Source of the DNA: Bythopirellula sp.
GTDB taxonomy: Bacteria > Planctomycetota > Planctomycetia > Pirellulales > Lacipirellulaceae
Assembly (NCBI GenBank): GCA_965216565.1
Contig: OZ244170.1
Span: 4,864,001-4,928,000, forward strand
DNA length: 64,000 nt
Reading direction: 5' to 3'
This document shows, piece after piece, positions 1-9,671 of this stretch. The position numbers and the translations under genes were made by a program. Below the pieces are notes generated by a model. It was not told the DNA's origin, made no database searches, and saw only the letters and a program-made list of their open reading frames with translations. Each line of letters begins with the position of its first letter. Position 1 is the first letter of the stretch.

Positions 1-50
1 AAACTGGAAGCAACCGCGCTGAATTTCATCAAGTAGTTGCTCATCGTCAT
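1..50 (-). CDS. 5' end of a gene divergent from lacI, running off the window (possible signal peptide)
   Basis: Reverse strand from ATG at 50 (or 44) reads MTMSNYLMKFSAVASS and stays open to the window edge. Too short to confirm. Confidence 0.3.
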   Translation of the reverse strand, partial: MTMSNYLMKFSAVASS

Positions 51-271
51 CACTGAGATCAAGACTTACCGCAGGGGCGTTTGCGGGGCGAAGAATATCA
101 GGTGCCGGTGACAGTGGTTCCTGAGCAGACAGTCGCATAGCGCTGGCAGCCACGAAAACACCTGCGATTAACACATTCGCCGCAACTTGCATCGGACCAA
201 GATCTCCGCTAGGTTGAGCTGGCAGTCGTTGAAAAGTACTGAAAATACAACGCTTAAAAACTGTTCGAAAT

Positions 272-319
272 TTGACAAACACTGCTCACGCAGTCTATTC
301 TAGACTGAAAGCGCTGTCA
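272..319 (+). promoter_or_regulatory. sigma70-like promoter plus LacI-type operator upstream of lacI
   Basis: TTGACA (272-277), 18 nt, TATTCT (296-301), then the near-palindrome TGAAAGCGCTGTCA (306-319). Confidence 0.7.
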
Positions 320-365
320 AAGGTCAGCTCTTGGAAGACTCTGCTCTGTAGCGCTGGGAGGCCTC

Positions 366-1400
366 GTGACCGTATCTATCGAAGACGTAGCCAAGAAGGC
401 TGAAGTTTCCATTAGCACCGTTTCTCGGGTGATCAATCGACGTAACATCGTCAACGAGAAAACGCGCAAACGCGTTGAGAGTGCAATCCAGGAACTTGGT
501 TATCGGCCCAATGTTTTCGCGCGCGGCTTGATGCTCAAGAAGAGCCATATCTTAGCGCTCGTTTTGCCAGATCTTCACGGTGAATTCTATTCAGAGATTA
601 TTCGCGGAGCCAACCAACGTGCTCGCGATTTAGGCTATCAGTTGATGATCTCCTCGGTCCCCACTGGCGACGACGGAAACACGGTACTATCTACAGTGGT
701 TGGCCATAGTTTGGTCGATGGCGTGGCGGTGATGATCTCTGAAGTCGATGCGAAGACACGAGATAAGTTACAGAATATCAAAATCCCGCTCGTCATTATG
801 GACGGCGATGTTGAGGGGGTGCGCCACGATAGCGTGGTAATCGACCAGCGCGATGGTGCCATCAACATGTTCCGCCATCTCATCTACACAAAGAAGGCGG
901 AGCACATCGTTTTTGTAGGTGGTTTGCAAACGAATATTGATACGATCGAGCGACTAGCCGCGTTCCGCGACATGATGCAGGAGGCCGACCTACGGGTAAC
1001 TTCCAATGACATCTTCCACCTGGACTACAGCTACGAAACTGCCTATGAGCTTGGCAAAGAGAAAGTGAAACAGTGGGTCGCGACGGGGGCTAGTATTTTC
1101 TCAGCAAACGACGAAATGGCTGCCGGTATTATCGACGCGGCAATCGAGATGGGAATCTCCGTCCCCGATCAATTACCCGTGGTTGGTTTCGACGATACTC
1201 GAATCGCTCAAATGACCAGACCACGTTTGACGACCGTTCGTGTGCCGATGTCGAATATGGGTGCCAGTGCCATAGAACTTCTCTGCCAGCGGCTCGACGA
1301 TCCGGATCGGCCTTCGACTAAACTTACCCTCCAGTCACAGTTGATGATTCGCGAATCTTGTGGGTATGTTGGCGAAAAACCTCCCATCCTAGATTTATGA
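366..1400 (+). CDS. LacI-family transcriptional regulator
   Basis: N-terminal HTH SIEDVAKKAEVSISTVSRVIN, hinge YRPNVFARGL, sugar-binding domain with VVGFDD and LTTVRVP. SD GGAGG precedes the GTG. Confidence 0.97.
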   Translation: MTVSIEDVAKKAEVSISTVSRVINRRNIVNEKTRKRVESAIQELGYRPNVFARGLMLKKSHILALVLPDLHGEFYSEIIRGANQRARDLGYQLMISSVPTGDDGNTVLSTVVGHSLVDGVAVMISEVDAKTRDKLQNIKIPLVIMDGDVEGVRHDSVVIDQRDGAINMFRHLIYTKKAEHIVFVGGLQTNIDTIERLAAFRDMMQEADLRVTSNDIFHLDYSYETAYELGKEKVKQWVATGASIFSANDEMAAGIIDAAIEMGISVPDQLPVVGFDDTRIAQMTRPRLTTVRVPMSNMGASAIELLCQRLDDPDRPSTKLTLQSQLMIRESCGYVGEKPPILDL

Positions 1401-3137
1401 CTCTCCTCGGCGCTCGGTCAGTAGCTGCTCGATCTCTCGACACCTCTCTTCCGTTAAGGGGTAGCGAAGCGTGAGCAGGATGGAAATGCAACTCAGCACG
1501 AGTGGAATTCCGATTTCAACCAATCGCATGCGGAACAGTGTGGTGGGCGCCTGCCGCCGAAGTGGTTGCGAGCGTTCCAAGAGTTCTTCGATTTGTTGAG
1601 TCAACAGTGTGGGCTGGCCGATCAATTGATCCGCTTCTTTTTGCAGCTGTTTGATCTCCGCCAAAAGCTGGTCGCTTGTGCTTTGCAATTGCGTGGAGTG
1701 AGCCGTTAAGCCCAACTCGGTCGGACTTTGACTGCCAAACAAGGTTCGATACTCTTCCAGCTTCGTAGCGGCAAGTAGCAAATGCTCTTGGAGCGATTCG
1801 TTATTCGCAGGGGCAGCATCCCAATCTTCGACTTCCGTAGCCAGCACCTCCAGCTCACCGCGGAACGCATCGATGAGCACATTTTGCTTCTCATCGAAAC
1901 TTGTGTAGACCAACAGCGCACCGGTTACAAAGCTGGCAAACGCGGTTCCCATCTTGATAAACCACCAGAACACCGAGTAGTAGCTGCCTTCGGATCGAGT
2001 GCCTGTGTGTAGTTCGTCTTCGTCGCAAACGTCAGCCACCATCGATGAGCCGAGAGTGAAGAACATCAACATTCCGGAAGAAAGTAGCACCGTAGGAAAC
2101 AGAATTAAATAGGGGAATTCAGGGCTATAGCAGAAGATTTTGGCAATTTGCGCGCAGCACATCAGGAGAATCGCGAGCAGGAGCGTTTTGTTTTTGCCAA
2201 TGCGTCGGCTAATCCAATTGAGTGGGAACACGGCTAGCATGCCTGTCACTGCCCACACTGTTCCTTTGATGCCAAGGAGTTTTCCTGCGTCGCCCGTATC
2301 GCCTTCAAAGATGTAAAAGATGACAATGTAGTTTTCGAAAATGCTGACAAAGTTGAATCCCATCGCCAAGGTGAAGATGATGATCACTAGGCTAAGGAAT
2401 GTCTTGTTCGTGAGGGTGTAGGTTAGATTTTCGCGCAGACTCGATTTTGCTTGCTGTTTGGCGATTTCGAATCCTGGCTCGCGCAGCACTAGGAACCACC
2501 ACCAAACCATGAGTAAGAGCCAGCCGGCAATAAAAAGAGATACGTACCGCATGCCATCGACTAAGTCTCCCCCCGGCCCACGAAACATTTCAAGATCTGA
2601 AAGCGCTATCAGCCAGGGCGTTCCCATCGCAAAGAGATTTCCGAGGAGACTCTTGGCGCTGAACAGAAGGGTTCGCTCGTGGTAGTCGCTAGAGAGTTCC
2701 ATGCCCAGCGCGCCGTGTGGAATCTCGAAAACAGTACACGCCGTGTAGAAGGCCAAGAGTGCTGCCAAAATAAAACTGAGCTGAAACCAGTTGTAGCTCG
2801 ACTCGGTGGCAAAGAATTCTTGGACGCCGTCTCCCCGAGGGATCCACCACATCAGGACGAAAGTAATTGCTACAGTAATGCCGCCGACAAGAATGTAGGG
2901 TCGGCGGCGACCCCATCGCGAACGGGTGTTGTCGGACATCACACCAACAATGGGATCGGAGACCGCATCCCATAGTCTGGGAATTATCATGATCGTCCCC
3001 AGCCAGAAAGCGCTCAGACCGAGAGATATGTTCCCCAGTAGCGCCATAAGTTGGCCGGCCACATTGAAGAGCGCCACCGGAACGATTCCGCCCATGCCGT
3101 AGGCCAACAGTTGGTCCCAAGAAACGCGGTTTTTCAT
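1395..3137 (-). CDS. GPH/MelB-type MFS sugar:cation symporter with a large insertion before the last TM helix
   Basis: PRLWDAVSDPIVGVMSDNTRSRWGRRRPY and ADVCDEDELHTGTRSEG motifs; about 12 hydrophobic segments. Confidence 0.93.
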   Translation of the reverse strand: MKNRVSWDQLLAYGMGGIVPVALFNVAGQLMALLGNISLGLSAFWLGTIMIIPRLWDAVSDPIVGVMSDNTRSRWGRRRPYILVGGITVAITFVLMWWIPRGDGVQEFFATESSYNWFQLSFILAALLAFYTACTVFEIPHGALGMELSSDYHERTLLFSAKSLLGNLFAMGTPWLIALSDLEMFRGPGGDLVDGMRYVSLFIAGWLLLMVWWWFLVLREPGFEIAKQQAKSSLRENLTYTLTNKTFLSLVIIIFTLAMGFNFVSIFENYIVIFYIFEGDTGDAGKLLGIKGTVWAVTGMLAVFPLNWISRRIGKNKTLLLAILLMCCAQIAKIFCYSPEFPYLILFPTVLLSSGMLMFFTLGSSMVADVCDEDELHTGTRSEGSYYSVFWWFIKMGTAFASFVTGALLVYTSFDEKQNVLIDAFRGELEVLATEVEDWDAAPANNESLQEHLLLAATKLEEYRTLFGSQSPTELGLTAHSTQLQSTSDQLLAEIKQLQKEADQLIGQPTLLTQQIEELLERSQPLRRQAPTTLFRMRLVEIGIPLVLSCISILLTLRYPLTEERCREIEQLLTERRGES

Positions 3138-3494
3138 ATTTTATCCGCCAGGCCTAAGATGCTCACCAGTCTCCCCTGCAGGTCGAATTGATTAGTTGGA
3201 TGCAACGGCCTGTCTTTGTTCGTTTGGCCACCAAATCCGACTTCATCAATTCTTCAGCTGCAAGATACTTGATAAGTTGGGTCCTGCAAAATGGAAGTTT
3301 CCTATTCAGAATTCGATCGCTTCAATTGTCTGACCAGCATATCATCGCCCAGTTCGTCCCCTGTTTCACGGGAATTCCTTGTCGGAGTCGCAGGTCCGAC
3401 CGATTCGGACAAGAATGTGTAAATACTTGCAAATAAGCCTCTTTCTGGCCACACTACTAATAGGAATTTACTTTCAGGAAAGTCTTTTCAACAT

Positions 3495-6400
3495 ATGGCA
3501 TCCCCCCTACTTCGCACAGAATCAGTTCCTGCAGCGACCTATTCGCGCAGTTCTCTCGCAGCTCGCCAACCTCAGATCTGCCTCTTAGGTGATCAGAAGT
3601 TGTCGACGATGGTGACGGCTGCCGGTTCGGGGTACGTGCGATGTTGCGCTCACGCTGTTACTCGATGGGCCGCCGATCGCACGCGCGATGCCGATGGTTA
3701 TTTTTTGTATCTTCGCGATTTAGAAAGCAAAGACTTTTGGTCCGCTGGATTTCAACCCACCTTGGCGGAACCCTCCGAGTACGAGGCAAGTTTTTATCCG
3801 GGCGTGGTGGAAATCATCCGGGTCGACCATGGCGTTCGGTCGCAATTGGAGATTTGTTGCGACCCTGAATTCAGTGTCGACATCAGGCGATACACAATCA
3901 CAAACACAAGCGATCGCACGCGCACGATTGAAATCACTAGCTACGCGGAGGTCGTTCTGCAGCCAGCCGCGATGGACGCCGCGCACCCGGCCTTCTCCAA
4001 ACTGTTCTTGCAAACGCAATTCGACAAACAATCGCAATCGCTCGTCACGGGAAGGCGAAAAAGAAGTTCAGAGGACGAAACCTTCTTCGCTTGCCACTTC
4101 CTCACTAGCAGCGACGGCGCAGGCCCCGATGAATACGAAAGTGATCGCTGTCGATTCATAGGTCGTCGTCAGAGTCTGGTCGCCCCTCAAGCTCTGTCCT
4201 CTTCCGAGGCTCTTTCGGGAACAACCGGCAGCGTGCTAGATCCAATTGCCAGCTTGCGGAAAACTTTTATTTTGCCTCCGAATGCAAGCGCTTGCGTAAC
4301 TTTTTTCTTAGGGGTTTCTGACTCTGCCGAGTTCCAGCCACTCATTGCTAAGTACAGAGACTCCAGCGAGATCGATGCCGCGTTTACCACCTCCCGCCGC
4401 ATAGCTACCGAACAGCTCGAGCAGCAGGGTTTGCATATTCCCGAGTACCTCGAGGCCTTGCGGCTTGGCTCCACAGTGCTTTATGGCAACTGCGAAGGTA
4501 CCCCGGAGGCAGGTCGTCCTAAGATCACTACCGATTTGAATGGGAGCTTGCCAGCGAATATTTCCCCAAGTACGCCGCTCGTAGTCCAAAACGTAGAGAG
4601 CGGAGGCGATCTTGCCTTGGCTAGCAAACTCCTTGGATCGGCAGCCTACCTCGAGCCATACGGACTCGACATGCGAGTCGTATTGCTCAACCACTCGGCC
4701 TTCCGCGATGAGTTAGAAAACCTCATTGCCGAATCCGGGCTCAAAGATAGAGAGACGCAAATCGCAAGCTTGAATTCAATTGACCTGAGCAATGAGCAAC
4801 TGGCTTGGCTGCAGCGTCGAAATGTGTTTCGCTGCAGCGATGCAGAGGTCGATGTGCCGAGGAATGAACCTGAACAAAACGTTTCGCTCTATCGCGTGAC
4901 AGACTCTCAGCCAGAAGTGTGCAACGGTCACATTGAGAAGCTGAAGCTGGCGAATGGACAAGGCGGTTTTTCGACTGATGGTACGGAATACGTTATTCAC
5001 GTTCGACCAGGGGAAGGCAAAGTACCTCCTTTGCCCTGGGCCAATGTGATTGCCAATCCATCCGTGGGGCTCATCGTTACCGAGTCCGGCGCGGGTTACA
5101 CCTGGGTTGGCAATAGTCGTGAAAACCGACTGACTCCATGGTACAACGATCCAGTTACCGATGTGCACAGCGACGCGGTGCTGATTCGTGACGAAAACTC
5201 CGGGGCTTACTGGTCTCCTACCCCAGGTCCATGTGGCGATCATGGGAATTATGAAGTTCGTCACGGCTTTGGTTACACAACGTTTTCACACACCAGCCAC
5301 GAGTTGCAGCAAGAGACGGTGAAATTTGTTCCGCCGGACGCCCCTCTGGCTATTACGAGAGTCACACTCAGAAACACAAGTGACCATCCGCGCAGGATTA
5401 GTCTTTTCAATTACTTGACTTGGGATTTGGGGTCGGGACAGCCGCGGCACTTGCAGAACGTGGAGACGAAGATCGATCGAGAGCGGCGGACAGTATTCGC
5501 CACGAGCCAATTACCCGGAAGCTTTTCCGGTCATGTGGCTTTCGCTACGCTCGTCATCAATGCCGTGGGAGATAGAGTCTCGCTGACGGCAGATCGAACG
5601 GAATTCATCGGACGAAACGGCCACCTGGCTTCGCCGCAGGCATTGCTGCAAGGCAAGTCACTGAGCTTTCGTGAAGGTAGCGGCCTCGATCCCTGCGCTG
5701 CCTCTCAAGCTTATGTGGACTTGGCACCTGGCGAAACTCTGGGATTCGCAGTTCTCGTAGGTCAAACCGAAACCGCTGAAAAGGCAGCGGAACTCATCGA
5801 CAATTATTCTTGTCTTGAAAAAATCGATCAGAGCCTCGAATCCGCCAAAGACAAGTGGCAACGATTGGTAGCGCGGGTCAAGGTGAGCACCCCGGTGCCT
5901 GAATTGGATGTGATGGTCAATGGCTGGCTAGCCTATCAGAATTTATCGTGCCGCATGTGGGGCAGGTCGGCCTACTATCAAGCCGGCGGTGCGTTTGGGT
6001 TCCGCGATCAGCTGCAGGACTCCTCGGCACTACTGTATCACGATCCAGAAATCACACGCCGTCAGATCTTGCTGCATGCCTCGCATCAGTTTCAGGAAGG
6101 CGACGTTCTGCACTGGTGGCATCCACCAGAAAGCTGTGGCATACGCACAGAATTCTCTGACGATCTAATCTGGCTGCCGCTGATCGCTGCGGAATATGTT
6201 GAAGCAACGGGCGACACGGCGCTCTGGAACGAAGAGTGCCGATTTCTTAAATCAGAACCAGTGCCCGACGGTGAGCCGGAACTGTTTGTTCGTCCGGAGG
6301 ACTCTGGCGAGTTGGGAACTGTTTACGAACATTGTTGCCGCGCACTCGATCGATCGTTAACTACGGGCGAACACGGTCTGCCTTTGATCGGATGCGGCGA

Positions 6401-7379
6401 CTGGAATGATGGCATGAATCGAGTCGGCCAAGCTGGCTTCGGCGAAAGCGTCTGGCTAGGGTTCTTTCTCGACTGCGCAATCACTGGCATTCTGCCAGTC
6501 TGTGAGAAATTCGAGGATCAAGAGAGAGTTGCCAAATACACCCAGTACCGAACCGATTTGCGTGTCGCGTTAAACGATACTGGTTGGGATGGCCAATGGT
6601 ACCGTCGAGCTTATTTTGACGATGGAACTCCTTTGGGAACAGTTGATGCGGGCGAATGCCGGATCGATGCGCTGGTGCAAGCTTGGGCAATTCTGTCGGG
6701 CGTTGCTCCCCGAGAGCGGGCAGAAAGTGCGCTAGCCGCTGCCGAGAAGTTTCTGATTGATGAAGAAGTCGGCATGATTCGCCTGCTGACGCCAGCGTTC
6801 GACAGAATGGCATGTGATCCTGGTTACATCAAAGGATATCTGCCGGGTGTTCGTGAGAACGGTGGGCAATACACCCACGGTGTTCTGTGGCTTATCAAAG
6901 CGATTGCCAAGATGGGTCGTGGCTCCCAAGCCACGCGACTGCTTGCGATGCTGTCTCCCGCAAGCCGAACAAATTCTGCGGAAAAAGTAACTGTCTTCAA
7001 GACCGAACCTTACGCAGTCGCGGCAGATGTCTATGGAGTTCCGCCACATCAGGGACGTGGCGGATGGTCGTGGTATACTGGCTCGGCGGGATGGATGTTC
7101 CGAATCGCCTGGGAATCGATCTTTGGCATTACGTTAAAGCAAGGAAAATCCCTGGCAATTGATCCGAGAATTGACTCGCAGTGGACTGAATTCTCGATCG
7201 AGTATTCGCTGCCGGGCAGCAAGACTCGATATGAGATCCACGTATTAAATCCGCAGGGCAAAGAGAGTGGCGTGACATCTGCAACTCTCGACGGACAGAC
7301 TTGCCCGATCGAGGACGGCGGGGCACTTATTCCGATCGTGGACGATCAACAATCGCACACGGTTGTGGTGACTCTTTAG
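3495..7379 (+). CDS. GH94 glycoside phosphorylase resembling the C-terminal region of cyclic beta-1,2-glucan synthase (NdvB/Cgs)
   Basis: Two tandem N-terminal beta-sandwich modules (HPAFSKLF; NSRENRLTPWYNDP), plus YQAGGAFGFRDQLQD, catalytic GDWNDG, PGYIKGYLPGVRENGGQYTH and WYTGSAGW. Confidence 0.92.
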   Translation: MASPLLRTESVPAATYSRSSLAARQPQICLLGDQKLSTMVTAAGSGYVRCCAHAVTRWAADRTRDADGYFLYLRDLESKDFWSAGFQPTLAEPSEYEASFYPGVVEIIRVDHGVRSQLEICCDPEFSVDIRRYTITNTSDRTRTIEITSYAEVVLQPAAMDAAHPAFSKLFLQTQFDKQSQSLVTGRRKRSSEDETFFACHFLTSSDGAGPDEYESDRCRFIGRRQSLVAPQALSSSEALSGTTGSVLDPIASLRKTFILPPNASACVTFFLGVSDSAEFQPLIAKYRDSSEIDAAFTTSRRIATEQLEQQGLHIPEYLEALRLGSTVLYGNCEGTPEAGRPKITTDLNGSLPANISPSTPLVVQNVESGGDLALASKLLGSAAYLEPYGLDMRVVLLNHSAFRDELENLIAESGLKDRETQIASLNSIDLSNEQLAWLQRRNVFRCSDAEVDVPRNEPEQNVSLYRVTDSQPEVCNGHIEKLKLANGQGGFSTDGTEYVIHVRPGEGKVPPLPWANVIANPSVGLIVTESGAGYTWVGNSRENRLTPWYNDPVTDVHSDAVLIRDENSGAYWSPTPGPCGDHGNYEVRHGFGYTTFSHTSHELQQETVKFVPPDAPLAITRVTLRNTSDHPRRISLFNYLTWDLGSGQPRHLQNVETKIDRERRTVFATSQLPGSFSGHVAFATLVINAVGDRVSLTADRTEFIGRNGHLASPQALLQGKSLSFREGSGLDPCAASQAYVDLAPGETLGFAVLVGQTETAEKAAELIDNYSCLEKIDQSLESAKDKWQRLVARVKVSTPVPELDVMVNGWLAYQNLSCRMWGRSAYYQAGGAFGFRDQLQDSSALLYHDPEITRRQILLHASHQFQEGDVLHWWHPPESCGIRTEFSDDLIWLPLIAAEYVEATGDTALWNEECRFLKSEPVPDGEPELFVRPEDSGELGTVYEHCCRALDRSLTTGEHGLPLIGCGDWNDGMNRVGQAGFGESVWLGFFLDCAITGILPVCEKFEDQERVAKYTQYRTDLRVALNDTGWDGQWYRRAYFDDGTPLGTVDAGECRIDALVQAWAILSGVAPRERAESALAAAEKFLIDEEVGMIRLLTPAFDRMACDPGYIKGYLPGVRENGGQYTHGVLWLIKAIAKMGRGSQATRLLAMLSPASRTNSAEKVTVFKTEPYAVAADVYGVPPHQGRGGWSWYTGSAGWMFRIAWESIFGITLKQGKSLAIDPRIDSQWTEFSIEYSLPGSKTRYEIHVLNPQGKESGVTSATLDGQTCPIEDGGALIPIVDDQQSHTVVVTL

Positions 7380-7441
7380 CTCCGCTTCCAACTTGTGCTC
7401 GGACTATTCACTTTGAGTCGGGAGCAATCGAAATTCCCCCC

Positions 7442-9580
7442 TTGAATCACTACTTTCCGAATCTAACAAGAACAACGCTCCTCAGTTTGGGAGTGTTGGC
7501 TGGCGTATTGCTGTTTGGTTGTTCGGAGGTGAATGGGGGCGATCTATCGCTAGTCTCTGTGCTGGATGGTGAACGGCAAAGCTTGCTCAACAATTGGGGC
7601 GGTGAGCTTAACCAAGCGACTGTCGCTGCATTGGAACTCGATACAAATATCGTCCACAGTGGCCAGGCTTCGTACCGAGCCGACTTGGGGACGCTTAATC
7701 CGGGTGAGTTTAAGTTTTTCCAAACCTTCTCCAGCAAACGCACTTCCAACGAGAGCATTCGACAAACACGAGATCTGACTCGATACGACGGATTGGAAGC
7801 GCAGATTTATAACGACACTGGCTCACCATTCAATCTTAAGCTCGAGATCAAAGACTATCGCAATGACTTGGGTCACCAGGCATTTGTGAACTACGCTATT
7901 CCTGCCACGACTGGGTGGACCAAGATCGATGCCTCTTTGGATCTCTTGCAGCCTGAGTGGAATACGATTGGCAGCCCCGACCTCTCCAGAAGCTACGTCA
8001 CCAGTTTTGTGATTACCCCCAGCGGCGGAACTGTGTCGGGAAATATTTATGTCGATGAGTTTAAGCTCTCCGAACCAGGCGGACCGGTGGACATCGCTTC
8101 GGCGCCTCTTGAGCAACTAGTCGAACGACTCGCTCGCCGGCAATTCCAAGGGCTCTTCGACAGCCGGAATCGCAATTCGAGTTTAATCTACAATTCGAAA
8201 AACGAAGTCGATCGAGCGGCGATGAATACAACCGGCGGTACGCTGTGGATGCTGCCCAAAGCCGTAGAACGCGGGTGGGTCTCGCAGGCGGAGGCCGATG
8301 GTTACGCGACGCAGCTAGTCTCTACGCTGAATGCCAATCTTGATCAAACCAGTTATCTCCCGACACGCTTCCTGGATCCAAGCAATGGAGATTTGCCTGG
8401 GGGTGACAACGAAGAATCGAGCATTGATGCTTCGTTTCTGGCTCTAGCGTTGCACCGTTACAAGTCGGCCCCAGGGACGTCGGTAGCCTTAGGCACCGCA
8501 ATGGACTTGGTTCAGAACCGATTCAATCTCGATGCTTTTACCAATTCAGCCGGGTTCCAACTTGCCTACTTGCCTGCGACTGGTTTTTCCGGCAACACCT
8601 ATAACGGATATACGAATGAGGGAAAAGTCATTTCGCTAGCCGCGGAACTCTCCACAAGCCATCATGTACCACTCGAACAGCATTGGAATGCAGATACCAA
8701 TCGCGCACGGGCATTTCTCGTAGATCCCACCAATGCCCATCTTGTCCACTCGAGTTCTAACTTTCGTGCCCCATTTGAACAAGCACTGCTTAACTTGTTT
8801 GTCGAAACAGCGAATCTGGGCGTCGATAATTTTCCCAACCGCACGCTTGCCACCAATCCGTGGCATAACTATCTGCGGTACGAGCAAGAAGTCTCCGACA
8901 AGCTAGAGCTATTAGGACGCGACCATTTTTTTCAACCCGATGCCGCCAGCGGAGCGCCTTTCTCCTCTTACCAACAATACAGCTTGTACAACGACTTCGG
9001 GCAACCTGACTTGTTCATGCCTTGGAGTACCTCGTTGGCTCTTTTGGCCGGTGCCGAGGGTGCAGAGAGTGCACTTCGCGCGCTGCTCGATGTCGATGGC
9101 ATTGCAGGCCCGCTGGGGCTGGCGGATTCGGTGCGTTGGGATCCGAATGATACGTCGCCCTACTTCATTTCCGACAGCGGAGACAACTGGAATACCGTCC
9201 TGTCCACGATGGCACTGTTGGAGCTACTCGACAATCTACACAGCACTCCCTCGGCCAGCGACCAATTTGCCGCTTTGGGTGAGGTGACTGGTGCGCTGGC
9301 GAATGTGTTTGTCGATGGCGATCTCTCGGGTGACGGAACAACCAATGGGTTGGATCTGCAGATTTGGGAAGCCGGCTACGGTCAGAGTTCAGGGGCAACC
9401 CCTGCAGAGGGGGACGCTGACGGAGATGCGGATGTAGATGGCCTAGACTTCCTCCGCTGGCAAATGGGCTTTCAAAGCGGTAATTCCCCGCTGACCACGG
9501 TTCCGGAGTCTAGCTCAGGAGCCTTGTTTCTGCTTGGGATTTTCTACCTGCTAAAATTCCGAATCAAACTGGAAATTTAG
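7442..9580 (+). CDS. Secreted PEP-CTERM protein: CBM-like domain, glucoamylase-like/GH144-like barrel, dockerin-like repeats
   Basis: A signal peptide follows TTG 7442 (ORF track starts at 7301). Motifs SSIDASFL, YNGYTNEG and GPLGLADS recall GH144/PF10091. GDLSGDG and GDADGDADVDGLDF repeats, then VPE + TM + basic tail. Confidence 0.7.
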   Translation: MNHYFPNLTRTTLLSLGVLAGVLLFGCSEVNGGDLSLVSVLDGERQSLLNNWGGELNQATVAALELDTNIVHSGQASYRADLGTLNPGEFKFFQTFSSKRTSNESIRQTRDLTRYDGLEAQIYNDTGSPFNLKLEIKDYRNDLGHQAFVNYAIPATTGWTKIDASLDLLQPEWNTIGSPDLSRSYVTSFVITPSGGTVSGNIYVDEFKLSEPGGPVDIASAPLEQLVERLARRQFQGLFDSRNRNSSLIYNSKNEVDRAAMNTTGGTLWMLPKAVERGWVSQAEADGYATQLVSTLNANLDQTSYLPTRFLDPSNGDLPGGDNEESSIDASFLALALHRYKSAPGTSVALGTAMDLVQNRFNLDAFTNSAGFQLAYLPATGFSGNTYNGYTNEGKVISLAAELSTSHHVPLEQHWNADTNRARAFLVDPTNAHLVHSSSNFRAPFEQALLNLFVETANLGVDNFPNRTLATNPWHNYLRYEQEVSDKLELLGRDHFFQPDAASGAPFSSYQQYSLYNDFGQPDLFMPWSTSLALLAGAEGAESALRALLDVDGIAGPLGLADSVRWDPNDTSPYFISDSGDNWNTVLSTMALLELLDNLHSTPSASDQFAALGEVTGALANVFVDGDLSGDGTTNGLDLQIWEAGYGQSSGATPAEGDADGDADVDGLDFLRWQMGFQSGNSPLTTVPESSSGALFLLGIFYLLKFRIKLEI

Positions 9581-9583
9581 ATA

Positions 9584-9597
9584 TGAAAGCGCTTGCA
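9584..9597. promoter_or_regulatory. LacI-type operator upstream of the DUF1559 gene
   Basis: TGAAAGCGCTTGCA, overlapping a possible -35 (TTGCAT) with TAGAAT at 9615-9620. Confidence 0.75.
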
Positions 9598-9671
9598 TAA
9601 TCTGTGCCCCTGGATAGAATGTGGATAGAGGCACGCGACTACGTGACTATGCGTCTGATTACCGAGGTTCA

